Assembly: GCF_001194135.2 (NCBI RefSeq)
Contig: NC_068987.1
Coordinates: 37,894,128 to 37,944,578 of the forward strand
Direction: 5' to 3'
Length of the DNA: 50,451 nucleotides
Origin: Octopus bimaculoides
Lineage: Eukaryota
This document shows, piece by piece, positions 23,146 to 34,619 of this stretch. Under the pieces are notes generated by a model. It saw nothing but the letters and a program-made list of their open reading frames with translations, made no database searches and was not told the DNA's origin. Numbering within the stretch: position 1 is the stretch's first letter; each line of letters starts with the position of its first letter. The translations under genes were made by a program, and so were the position numbers.

Positions 23146-24540
23146 TATATATATCCTTTATGAGATGGCCGACCAATCTCCAAACATCAATAGAGGTTTA
23201 TATCGTAATGATTGTCTACTCTACCTTCTAAATGTTTCTAACCAAAAATTACAAAGGATTAAAAATAGGTTGGTTAAATTTTTCCGAAACATGGGCTTAA
23301 ACATTATTTTCGATGATGATATAACTAAAGCCAACTTTTGGGATATTACCCTTAACTTATATAATGGTTCATATTTCCCATACCATATACCTTCAACTTA
23401 TCTAAAATATAGTAGCTCTTTCAGTAATAATCCGAAGGCTATTACAAGGAACTTAGAAATATTTCACTTAGACTTTCCAGATTATCTGTCTTATCCACGA
23501 TAAAGCTGAATTTTATAACTCTGCTTTACTTAAAGCATGTTATAAAGAAAAAAATTACCTATATTAACCCTATTGACATTAAGTCTTCCTCTATTAATCA
23601 GAACATGGAAACACATCATAACACTAATAACAATATAAATTTTAGCTGGAAAAACAACAATACATCGAAAAATGTAATTTTACAGCGTAGGGGAGATAAC
23701 CGTTCTTTATATCCCTTTATACATAATAAAATTAAGTCTAGGACTTTTAAAGGCAATTACTCTGATAACAAGGTATGTCCTAGTAAAACAGTTTGAATTA
23801 TCATTCCATTTGATGAGCAGATCAAATCCAAACTCCCTTACCAGTTTCGTGAAGCTATAGATAAGAATTTTCCAAAACATTCAAGATATCATTCCATTAT
23901 CAATTCACACCGAATTAGGATAGGTTTTTCAAGCACCAAAACCTTCTATATTTAAGAGATGAGGATATATATATAGAACTGTATTATCTAATCGGTACGG
24001 AACCAAAAACCTTTCACAAACCATTTCTTCGCATAACAATAAATCATTATATAAAATCCACTTAATGAAAATAATAACAGCGGTATTATTTACGCTAACC
24101 ATTCTTTGAACAATAACAATATTAATATTTCTTATATAAATTCGAATCCTTAGAAGTAATTTTAAGACTAGAAACTCTGTTTGTCAATGTAAAATTACTT
24201 CTGGTTCTGATGTCTTTTTTTATATAGGTAGCTCATCGTCTCAGCTGTCGAAAAGAATATCTAACCATTACTCTACATTTAGGCACATCAAGAAACGCAA
24301 CAATACTGGGCTTAGTAAATTAATTTGGTCTCTAAAGGAACACAATAAACAATTCGATTTTGGAATGGAATATTCTATTTAGATCCTTCCCATATGACAA
24401 AGGTAAATCTTTTTGTCCACTCTGTAAGGAAGAGCAATTTCTCATCCTTTTCTTGGAGAATACTCTTGTAAACACGTCTAAAGAACCCGTTTATCGTTGT
24501 AAACATTGGCAAAAGCATACCTTTAGTTCCTATAAGTAAT
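23146..24540 (+). mobile_element. Penelope-like element, RT (motifs 5-7, thumb) to GIY-YIG endonuclease, defective
   Basis: GLYRNDCL (YRDD), ANFWDITLNLYNGSYFPY, SNNPKAI; IIPFDEQIKSKLPYQF, IGFSSTKN; FYIGSSSSQLSKRISNHYSTFRH..N.TGLSKLIW.LKE...WNIL...CPLCKEE...CKH, stop at ~24538. Confidence 0.92.
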
Positions 24541-24601
24541 TTCTACCAATCTATAAAATTCGACCTTTAACTGTCTTCTAACATTTCATTTCCACTACAT
24601 A

Positions 24602-25018
24602 CAGGGGTTGGACAAAATTATGGAAACACCTTGAAATTTATTTTAATATGGGTTAGGACTGTTTTTGGAGGGAAACGCAATCTTTCGGGATGATAATGCG
24701 CCAATTCACACAGTTAAAGTGATGTTGAACATCTTATCTGGCCACCACAGTCCCCAGATCTCAATATTATTGAACATTTATGGTGCATTTTAGAAAAACA
24801 TGTAAGGAGTCAATATCCCCCACCATCATCACTACAAGAACGGGAGACTGTTTTAGCTGAAGAATGGACAAAAATTCCTTTGGAAACAATTCAAACTTTG
24901 TACGAGTCCTTACTTCGTAGAATTCAAGCTGTAATTACTTCCAAAGACGGTCCTATCCCATATTAAAATAAATTTGTTTGAAATTTTAAGGTATTCCCAT
25001 TATTTTGTCCAACCTCTG
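24602..25018 (+). mobile_element. internally deleted Tc1 (DD34E) element, 417 bp
   Basis: TIRs CAG(G/A)GGTTGGACAAAAT.ATGG.AA.ACCTT.AAATTT; TA duplication at 24600-24601 and 25019-25020; internal DDNAPIH / WPPQSPDLNIIEHLW / W..IP..TIQ.L.ES..RRIQAVI...G.PI.Y*. Confidence 0.93.
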
Positions 25019-25044
25019 TATATAATACAGTTCGAGGAAGTCCA

Positions 25045-25138
25045 CTTTCTATGGCCGTTTCCAGAGTTCATATCCTGGTAGAAAAATTAATAAAAAACGT
25101 TACAAACCATACGGACAATGTCCCCTTCATCAGGAAAG
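25045..25138 (-). ncRNA. type I hammerhead ribozyme (PLE-associated)
   Basis: Minus sense: ctttc-CTGATGA-agggga-(~55 nt)-aactctg-GAAA-C-GGCC-A-TA-gaaag. Perfect 5-bp stem I; stem III is one substitution from palindrome ACGGCCGT. Confidence 0.75.
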
Positions 25139-25374
25139 ATATCCTCATAAGATCACATTCTTGACACTTTGATTTTTACAGAGTGATGGATATATAAAAA
25201 ATTTCATTCTTTAGTATGCAAATGAGTGGAGAGCACGGGATGGTGGGACAAATACATTAGCTTATTGAGATTTAAATCTAATTAAACACAGCACAATGAA
25301 ATTTTCACAGTACCAAGAGCTAAAATGTTTCAAGTTGCAGGAATTCTTCCAAATCACCCAATATGTATGATTCT

Positions 25375-25770
25375 ATAATTTTTCCAAAAAAGTGGAATGG
25401 AATTCATGACTACACGAGGGAATCGCATCAGAAAATTTAGTTAATGTATTTAAACTATATGATCTAAGGATAATGTACGAATCTCTTATACATAACCTGC
25501 ATCTATGTAGCTCTATAAGTGGGGGGACTTCGCAATCATGGACCAGGATAAAGAATAATCAGTCTTGCTATCTCTTAGGTGGTGTATATATGAGGCGAGA
25601 GTTGTTGAGTTTTTATACTTAACTTTAATAAAGGAACTTAAATGGGCTCTATGTCTCCTATTAAAATCAACAGTGCTCCCTTTATTAACTTTACATTTTT
25701 GGTTATCTACTTTTACTGTACACTTATGCACCATATTTTTCCTAAGACATGAACCGGCTTCTTTTATATG
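25375..25770 (-). mobile_element. Penelope-like element GIY-YIG remnant
   Basis: GSCLRKNMVHKC...GSTVDFNRRHRAHLSSF..KYKNSTTLASYIHHLRD...YSLSWSMI, then after a frameshift CRLCIRDSYIIL...SCSH. Confidence 0.85.
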
Positions 25771-25784
25771 CGTATGAGTGTGTG

Positions 25785-25978
25785 TGTGTTTCTTCCCCAT
25801 CATCGCTTGACAACCGATGTTGGTGCGTTTATGTCCCCGTAACCTAGCGGTTCAGCGAAGGAGACAGATAGAATAAGTACTGGGCTTACAAAGAATGTGA
25901 TCGATTTGTTCGACTAAAGGTGGTGCTCCTGCATGGCCACACTCAGATGACTGAAACAAGTAAAAGAATAAAAGAATA
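25785..25978 (+). mobile_element. SINE family A, 3' half
   Basis: Aligns with 22163-22330. Confidence 0.85.
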
Positions 25979-26365
25979 TATGTATTATGTATGTACGTAC
26001 GTATATGCATACACCCACACATACACATACATATATACATTATGTGTGTGTGTATATATATATATATAAGAATCAAATTTAGACAAATCAAATTGACATA
26101 TAGATTTATGTTTATTCAGCCCTAGACCCAACGTGCATGAATTTCTCCAAAAGTATATTCAATAAATCAAACGTATTAAAAATATATAAGATATATAAAA
26201 ATATATAGAGTAATCAATATATTAAAACTATACATATAAAAGTATATAAATATATAGATATAAGTATTAAAAAATATATCGAAAAAAATAAATACATATA
26301 TAGGTCGACTTACAGATTATAAATCGAAGTCAAAAAATAAGTTTGAGTGTTACTAATGTAGTTAA

Positions 26366-26460
26366 TAATTCTACGGCCGTTTCTGGGGGTGCGGTTGTCC
26401 AGTCATAAAAAATAAGATATTTACATCCATTTTTAGATACCAACTCCTTCATCAGGGGAA
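26366..26460 (-). ncRNA. type I hammerhead-like motif, stem I degenerate (PLE-associated)
   Basis: Minus sense: ttccc-CTGATGA-aggag-(~60 nt)-ccccca-GAAA-C-GGCC-G-TA-gaatt. Core and palindromic stem III are intact; only 1 bp of stem I is in register. Confidence 0.6.
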
Positions 26461-26669
26461 ATAAATTTCTAAAAAGGCTCACATGTACTGCGTTTTTCTA
26501 ATGCGAATTACTTACTGGATGTTTTTATAGAGCTAAATGCAAAAGACCAGGGAGTGGAAGTGTTTTTGAGTGGTTGGAGCAGGAAATACAATGCATGATA
26601 AGATAAGGCTATTGATGGTTCTATAGGTAGAAGGTAAGAGGAGATGAGTGCTGTTTTATTTTTCAGAAA

Positions 26670-27060
26670 AGTTTCACTTGATGTGGAAGCTGGTTCTTAA
26701 CTCTATCCAGAATCATAATGTATAAATGTTGAGTAAAATCTATGTTTGCAAGAGTAAACAGTGTCAAGGAGTCGTGCAGACGGAGAATAATTAATGACTC
26801 TTTTAAGCATAGCTTGCATTTGCCTATCTTAATATTATAAGGAGGAGCTTCTTTTATTATGGACCAAGCTAGTGTATATTGTATGTTTTGCTATTTATGA
26901 TCATGTTTGTGTGTGGCTAATGATGTCGAGAATTAGTATTTTATTTTAGTGAAAGAATTAAAGTGAGCTCGATATCGTCGTTTAAAATCTATGGTGTTAC
27001 CTATGTAGGTCTTTGCTTGGTATTTACCTGGTATTTGGTGTTTACCTAATATACGTAATG
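26670..27060 (-). mobile_element. Penelope-like element GIY-YIG remnant
   Basis: KTYIGNTIDFKRRYRAHFNSFTKIKY*FSTSLA...YTLAWSIIKEAPPY..KIGKCKLCLKESLIIL. Confidence 0.88.
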
Positions 27061-27074
27061 CATGCCCGCTTAGG

Positions 27075-27500
27075 GGCTTATGTCTGCGTAAAAATGTTGT
27101 TTATAAATGTCGTGTAGAAACACCAAGCAAACACCTACACTGGTAGCACCATAGATTTTAAACGACGATATCGAGCTCACTTTTAAACGTAAGATATATA
27201 TCACGAATTTTGCGTATTCCAGTACGCCTAATCTAGAAGATCAGTAAGAAACTGAATGCTATTAGGAATAGCGAATCTACCTTAAATTATTCAGGTAGCA
27301 AATACGGACCTAGATCTATTGCAAGTAATACATATCTCACCGGTACAAAAATCGGTTATAACAGTAATACTGTATCTCCTCTTTGTAATGACGATAAACT
27401 TCATAGTACGTGCGACTATAGAAACCGTGGTAAATCCTCTTTAAATAATCTATATCTAAGGAATAATTTTATATACAAGTGATATAAGTGATCGGATAAA
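27075..27500 (+). mobile_element. rearranged Penelope-like fragments (GIY-YIG start, then upstream linker/Cys region)
   Basis: CLRKNVVYKCRV...YTGSTIDFKRRYRAHF (27075-27183), then NFAYSSTPNLE and CDYRNRGKSSLNNLYLRNNFIYK. Confidence 0.7.
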
Positions 27501-27539
27501 GTCCATTATTACATAAAAGCTACCGCTTCTAAATTCAAG

Positions 27540-28425
27540 GTCAGTTTTTGTGTAACCATGTTGAAAAAGGAAGGTGTGCAGCACTTTGCTGGATATGTTC
27601 ATATGGAACCCCAGGAAAAAAATATTGACTACTTAATTTAGTGGGCAATTTTTGGTAGTGACCTCCAATACAGAGGTGGATGTGGTAGCTGTAATTTGTG
27701 CGCAGAAGCGGCTTTAAAATCCTAAATTGTTTGTCTAATTTAATTAATAGGCGTAATGAGTAATCTACTGCTCCCACTTGTTTGATAAAACCGTCTTAAA
27801 TTTTCCACATAAAAGCCCTGCATAGCCAACTAACCTTGATTCAATCAGTGTTTATGATACTATTCTTACTTTATTGATTGTTGCACTCTCACTTGAATTA
27901 TTTATTGTGTAACCAACCAGTCGCTCATTCCTTAACTAATGCATAATTTAATCTGTAATTATTGCATCTAAGTTAATTTCTCTTCAATTGAAAAAGACCG
28001 AAGATTATCTAAAATTGAGTACAAAGGTGGCCACACGCTGTTTGTATAGTTTATTTCTTTTCAAATCTCATCTCTGTATCAACTTTTCTTTATAATACCC
28101 TCTTATTACTGTCCCTTCTGTGATTGCAATAGTAAATTGTCATTTCTCTATAATTTTGTATCTAAGATATTCTTTTCTTTCTTTTCATCATACATGCATA
28201 CAATAAACTTGATAACCTACTGATCTGTCAGGAACCTTGGCCCTAAATGGATTATGCTAAATCAAAGAAAGTAATCTGATATGTCCTTTATCTACATTGT
28301 CTATCTCCTGAAATATTTTGGATGGGATGCATGTTTTGCTGTGTAATTTTTAACTCTGATATTCTGTAACCTGACACCTCTCAATATATTCGTTGAAAAT
28401 TATCAAGATATACCACGGCAGTGAG
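27540..28425 (-). mobile_element. very degenerate LINE (CR1/L2-like) remnant
   Basis: Weak motifs only: EHIQQSAA (cf. E.VQRRAA) and IIFNEYI..C...HIRLLSL. Confidence 0.3.
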
Positions 28426-28429
28426 CTGT

Positions 28430-28640
28430 GAAAGATACTCCGCTTTCACTCAGAAGACGTGCAGACATCAACTTGCATATTGTCTTGTTAATCTATAAAG
28501 GAATTCGTTGGAGTAAATTTTTATTCCTAAACATTTTCTACCCCAGTATCATCCCTGTGTTTAAAAAGAGATATAAATTGTTTGCGGCGAATTACCGTCC
28601 GATCTCACTAAATTGTTATATCATTAAAGTATTCCTGGTG
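28430..28640 (+). mobile_element. CR1-clade RT N-terminal fragment
   Basis: SIIPVFKKRYKLFAANYRPISLNCYIIKVF. Confidence 0.75.
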
Positions 28641-28644
28641 AGCC

Positions 28645-29700
28645 ATTTTGCTCACCAGACGTACCGTGGCTTCTTTTCTCACATACTCTTCAATCAGCAA
28701 GTGCTAGCCGAGAGTAGGCCTACTTACTCGGGCCATACTCGCAATATTCACTCATCTTTCAACAAATTTACTGGGTGGAGGGTAGCACACTCGCTTCAAC
28801 CGATTCAAGCGGAATTTTAAAAAGACCACGAGAGTTTGGCCGAAGAGTGAAGTGGCGGTCTTCACTTCTTTCAATATTGTCCGTCACACAACCTCTTATG
28901 CCATAGACACCTGACAGGAAAAGTGCCTGCCCTTTCTGGCCAAAGGGAGACGGCTATCTTCACAACGGAATCGGTCAATAGTTGCATCCATTCTACACAT
29001 GAAAGCAACAGTTCGACATAACCAGCAATGTTTGAGCACCGTACTAGCGCGTGTAAAACGGTTGCGTCGCTCTGCTCGCATCTCGGGCAGATGTGGTTGG
29101 CGACACTACTATGCCTGTAGTGCTTATTCCAAACCGGCAATACTTCTTGGGCGCAGTGCCAAGCCAATAATTTCTTGAAATTACCAATGGTCCCGGTCCG
29201 AAAGTCCTCAAGCTAGTTGATTCTCATCGGTATCCAAAGTTTCCCGAGGACGTCGTCGCTTTTAGCCAACACTAATCCTCTACAGAAACCCAGGCTGTAG
29301 GTATATCAAAGAGATGAACTGCAGAAAAGCGAGTCTAAAAAACGTCGACTTCACCTGCAAATAGTTAAGGAAATGCTACAGATGTCGTACTTTCAGCTCA
29401 TGTTACGGACCATCAGTCAGTCTTCCACGCAACGGTTATTGAATCAAATTGACCGTCTGACAAACGGAAATGTGTCCTCTTCGAAGAAAGTGGAAGAGCA
29501 AGCGTTCTTTTCTGGTCAGCCATGAAGCGTGGCAAGGCACGACGGTCAGACAGTAGCAGATGACGGATACGATGTAGGCATTCACCAACCCTTCAGGGAT
29601 AGTTCCTTCTCAGTGCATTTCTAGGGGAGACTAGTCACCCTGCTCATCACCTCTTCCCAGTTCTTGAGCACACAGTGTTAATCCTGATTTTTTTATTAAT
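28645..29700 (-). mobile_element. Tx1/L1-clade LINE C-terminal remnant
   Basis: WHCAQEVLPVWNKHYRH...ICPRCEQSDATVLHALVRC (CCHC); shares G(Q)A.F...V.M. and the W.P-containing segment with 46800-47345. Confidence 0.75.
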
Positions 29701-29876
29701 CACAAAGGGTTTACATTAAGAAAAACATTAAGGACGACACAGGACAACACTCTGTAAGTGTACGTGTGTACGCGTGTGTTTGTATGTGTGTGTGTGCACG
29801 CGCGCATGTATATACGTGTGCGTGTGTGTTATGAGGGTTTTCTGTGTAAACAGATGTAACCAAAAATTAGTAGTAA

Positions 29877-30963
29877 CTAGATGTACCCACCGTGACCCGT
29901 TGGGTCACAACCACTCCAAGTTTAAAGCGTTGATGCGCGGCGGGATATCAAAAAATACTATTTCAAACTTCATGCAATAAAATTCTTGAATGATACAGTT
30001 CTTCTGCCTTTGCTGTGCAACATAAACACGACCAAGTGTTTCTTCTTTGAAAACGTTCAGATGGCCTTCAGCTTTTTTCCTCGCTTTCTTCTTTGCCATT
30101 CTTTGTTGCTATTATTCCGAGTGAAATACATGAGTACCTCAGCATAAAGTAATGTTTTTGCAAAGCCATAATTGATGTACAATGGAAAGAATTCTGTCAA
30201 TGTTGTTCTCATATGTCGCTCATGATAGCCATACATATCCTCATTATTTCTGAGCAATATTCTCTCTTCATCTGGTAAATGAACTTGCAGTCTCACTACT
30301 GCAGGTGCTTTCATGAATTGAAAATGGATGCAACTGCTTCAAATGGTCCAGTACACTTATCCATTAGATAATTACTAATTTTGTTGTCATTGTTTATTTG
30401 AACAGTTGCTTGTACTTTTCCTTTCAGCGTGTACTTGATGACGTACTTAATTGACCTCACTGAGGCAACGATTTCAAAGTTGCAGTGGCGTATGAACACT
30501 CTTAAAAGAGTTTCATTATGAGGTACAACCCATTTGTTGTTTGTTTTCCCATTCTTATGAAATTCAACACCACCCATTGTAACTGATCTTCGTCTATAAA
30601 GAGATAGTCTCTCTGTCTGTTTTTCTGTTTTTTTATTAAGATGATTAAGATTTATTTTAAATGAAATAGTAATTTTCCCCTTCAAGAAAAAAAATCAAGT
30701 ACCGCTGATTCAAAAAATATCTCATAAAAATATCGGGAGAATTTCTATCTTTCATTCCACGGGACTCGAAAGTTGTATCAATGATTAGTAAAAGAAAGTG
30801 AGGAAAAAGGAGGGACGGCGGTAGCTGCGGCGACTCTTTGAAGTGTCGACATTATCAATTTCATTTTTTTTTAAGGGGGAAATGACTATTTTATTTGTAA
30901 TCTATATCATCTTAATCAAATTGCAGGAGAATAAACTTTGAGTTTTAGTATAATACAGATAGA
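29877..30963 (-). mobile_element. internally deleted Helitron with both canonical ends, carrying a Rep-domain fragment
   Basis: Minus sense A^TC at 30963; 3' hairpin GTGACCC-AAC-GGGTCAC 11 nt before CTAG^T at 29877. Internal NKWVVPHN..LL...HCNFEIVASVRSIKYVIKYTLKG, FEAV..IF, P.VVRL.VHLP, TTLTEFF, LY.E, LGRVY. Confidence 0.92.
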
Positions 30964-31119
30964 TAATATTTTAACAATGAGTGTTCCTTAATAAGGAGAT
31001 TTCGAGGTCTGCTCATAGAAAAAAACTACATAAAACCACGAGTGCCCTGACTTCTGGGGCAGGTTGCTTACTAATAGATCCATCATGTCTGTTTGATTTC
31101 AGTATTGGATTATGAAAAC

Positions 31120-31275
31120 TGTAAAGATTCTACCTGTAATAATTGATGCATTAGGGACTGTGAATAATGATATAGAGAAATGATTGAAGGAGATTGGAAC
31201 AGAATGTCCTGCAGAGCTTCTACAGAACATCTTAGGAACAGGAAAGCTTATAAGAAGGATTTTGAGCCCTTGACA
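31120..31275 (+). mobile_element. R4/Dong-type LINE extreme C-terminal fragment
   Basis: VKILPVIIDALGTV..DIEK*LKEIG..CPAELLQ..LGTGKLIRRILS*. Confidence 0.65.
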
Positions 31276-31279
31276 GATT

Positions 31280-33885
31280 ACGAAAAGCGTGAGGATATCT
31301 AAGGTTACAGGTGGTAAGTAACCCGCTAACCACAAAAATTCTACTAGGAATAAAGACAAACTTGAGCTAAATAGAAGAAGATTGCAGGTTAAAGCAGCAA
31401 AGATCAAGCGATATGACCAAAGAATTGAACAAATCAACAAGATCAGGAAAGGGTTTATCAGCAGCTGAATGGAAAGGTTCACAGCAGTGAGAGACCGGAC
31501 GCTGAAAGAAGTTGGAGGTTTCAGAGTATCAACTGGGATAATGGAAGAAAGCATAATGAAGATGCTGAATGCTTGAAGGATTTAAAGTCAGAGAAAAATT
31601 AAGTGAAACAGAACAGTATAAGAATAATACCTGAAATGGTGACCGAGCAGACAACAAAGATTCCAAAATGGAAATGCCCAGACCCGGATGGGGTACAAGG
31701 GTATTGACTGAAAAGTTTTCCAACACTACACAAAAGAATAGCTACGCAAATAGAGAAACTGGTCAACAATGAGGCGGAAATCCCAATGTGTTTGACCACA
31801 TGTAAAACACTTCTTTGCCAAAAGGATCCCAGTAAATGTAATATTGTGGATAATTACAGACTTATTTCTTGCCTTCCCCTGATGTGGAAGTTGATGACAG
31901 GAATAATATCTAATTGTGTGTATAACTTCCTGGAAATGAATGACAAACTGCCAGTAGAACAGAAAAGATGCAGGAGGAAAAGCCAAGGGACAAAAGATCG
32001 GCTTCTGATAGACGGAATCATTCTGAGCGACAGCAAGAAAAGACATACAAATCTGGGTATGGTGCGGATCGATTATAAGAAAGCGTATGACATAATTCAC
32101 CATTCCTGGATTTTAGAGAGTTTGGTGTTGGCACAGGTGTCTGATAACATCTTAAATTTTATGAAGAACTGGAATACAGAGTTAACATCATGTAAATAAC
32201 TTTTGGCGAGGGTTAACATTAAGAGAGGCATATTTCAGGGAGATAGCCTATCACCACTACTGTTTGTGATTTGTATGATACCCCTCATACAGATACTACC
32301 TTGGAAAGTGGAGAAAAACTAAGTCATCTGTATATATGGATTACTTAAAGATCTTCGGGAAGACCGAACATGAACTAAATAGCCTAATCTCATCAGGGCA
32401 GATATTCATTAAGGGTACTGGGTTGGAATTTTTAATTAAAAAGTGTGGATGCTTATAATACAAAGAGGGCAAATTAGTATCCTCTAACTGTGTAGAATTA
32501 TCCAACAGTGAGAAAATCAAGGATATTGAGACTGATGAATATAAATATCGGGGTATCTAAGAGTGTAACAAAATCAAAGAGAATGAAATGAAGGAAAGCT
32601 TTAGACGAGAATATCTCAGAAGAACCAAATTAATTACGGGATGTAGAGTCAATGGAAAGAACAATATCAGAGCAATGAACACATGAGCTGTGTTTTTAAT
32701 GCGATATGGTGCAGGTGTCGTTAGATGGATAAGGAACGAGCTTGAGGAAATGAATAGAAAAACCAGAAAAGTGATGACAACTAACAAAGAACTGCATGCA
32801 AAAAGCGATATTCATAGAATGTATGTACCTAGGAACAAGGGAAGAAGAGGCTTCATAAGATGTAAGATTTGTGTTTGGAACGAGAACAGTCTGAAATGGT
32901 ACATCAAACATCAGAGTGAATCCTTGCTTGCCGCTATTAGAAATAATAATACAATACCTACCGAAAATGTGACGCACCCAAAAACATTAAAGAAACAAGA
33001 TGGAGAACAAAGAATAAATAATTGGAAAATTAAAACAATGCATGGAATATCTCAGAGAAATCGGGGGAAAACATGAGAGCAACACCTGGAGATGGCTAAG
33101 AAAAAGAGATCTAAAAGGAAGCACTGAGGCACTGATATGCAGCGCCCTGAAACAAGTCCTGAGAACTAATTACATCAAGTTCCAAATAGATAAGATCCCT
33201 TTTGTAGGATGTGTGACAGCAAAAACGAAACAATCTCACATATTATGAGTGAGCGTAGCAAGCTTGCCCAAAAGCACTACAAAAGGATTCACAATGATGT
33301 GGCTAAGTTTATTCACTGGAGACTGTGTGAAAAGTGCGGTCTGGACACAGTACAGAAATGATACAAACATGAACCAGGGGCATCACTGATAACAATAAAT
33401 ATAAGATCCTGTGGGATTTTACAATTCTCTATGACTCCCTAATCGATACTCGGAGTCCAAACATTGTTGTGGTGAATAAAAGAAGAAGGAAATGACAAAG
33501 AAAAAGTAGAAAAAGTAAATGACAAAGAGCTGGAGAAGATGGAGAAAAACCGACTACTAAAAGACGAAATTGCAAGAATGTGGGCAAGGAGGAGAGTAAC
33601 TGTCATCCCGGTAACTGTAAGGGCACTCAGAGCACTAACGATCAGGCTCGAGAAATATATCGGAGAAACTGGAATTGACGTGAGGGCAGAGCAGGCCCAA
33701 AAAACTGCTGTATTGAGGACAGCCAGGATTTTGAGATTTATGCCTGGGTGTTTAGTGTCTTCCACGATGAGTTAACATCCAGGTACCAGACCTTATAATT
33801 TGTGGAGACTTCTGACAAGAAGTTGTTGTCTGCTCTCACAGAATCAACCAGAGTAAGATCGAGAGTTCTGAGAAGTAAAGTATTC

Positions 33886-33939
<54 letters not shown>
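31280..33939 (+). mobile_element. 5'-truncated defective R4/Dong-type LINE (RT, CCHC, REL) with (AAT)~18 tail
   Basis: WKCPDPDGVQGY*LK, NYRLISCLPLMWKL, EQK.CRRKSQGTKD.LLID, IDYKKAYD..HHSW, FQGDSLSPLLF, YGAGVVRW, LK.STEALIC, H.DVAK.IHW, IPVTVRAL...AQKTAVL.TARILR; (AAT)n at 33886-33939. Confidence 0.93.
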
Positions 33940-34490
33940 TGTCCTTTGAGTTCAAAACTGCAGTACCAGGCAGTGGCTCTCATGGCTTCTCATCTTAACT
34001 TATTGGAAGTGTTATCATGTACATTGTTTTGTCTTGGTATAAAAGATGGGCTACAGCAAATATTCTGCTCAATACCACAGATTTGCTTGTTAGTTGTTTG
34101 ACCTTAACCAACTAAGCATGTCTGTTAGTGGCTTACGAGACGTGCATCTCTGATCAGGAGCAGCAGTAAATCGGGAAGTATTATAGCCATATGTTGAGAG
34201 GAATTCTTTGGGATTTGGATAATTAACCTTTGGAAACATGGGTGTTTCGTTCATCATCCTTAAACAACCCTTATTCAGGGACCTTTTGAGCGGGATGGGC
34301 TATTCGACCTGTGCCCCGCCTGCAAGGTCATGCGCTGTTTATCTTGATATGAGATCACCATGTCGCGCACACATGGTTGTGATGCATGTGCCTGGTGTAC
34401 CATTATCAGACGGGTAGTCATGATAGGTATAATGGGCTTCGTATATTTTATCCTAGTGTCATTTTGGTGGCATGCACTCAATAATAACAA
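33940..34490. repeat. ~550-bp non-coding interspersed repeat bounded by AAT tracts
   Basis: No coding motifs; flanked by (AAT)n on the left and CAATAATAAC on the right. I recall this sequence as a common Octopus repeat, but it is single-copy in this window. Confidence 0.45.
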
Positions 34491-34504
34491 TTATAATTAT
34501 GATG

Positions 34505-34619
34505 ATTAAAACCATAAGAGGGTTCTTGGCATCTAAAGCTTCTTGTTATAGCCCGATGCTAAGATTCTTTTCTTTTCCAACAGTCTAATTTGTTGAGTGT
34601 ATATGAATAATAATAATAA
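34505..34619 (+). mobile_element. 3' tip (3' UTR + AAT tail) of a Dong-type LINE
   Basis: TTGGCATCTAA.G.TT.TTGTT.TAGCCCGATG.TA.G matches the reverse complement of the Dong 3' end at 8880-8925; followed by (AAT)4. Confidence 0.65.
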
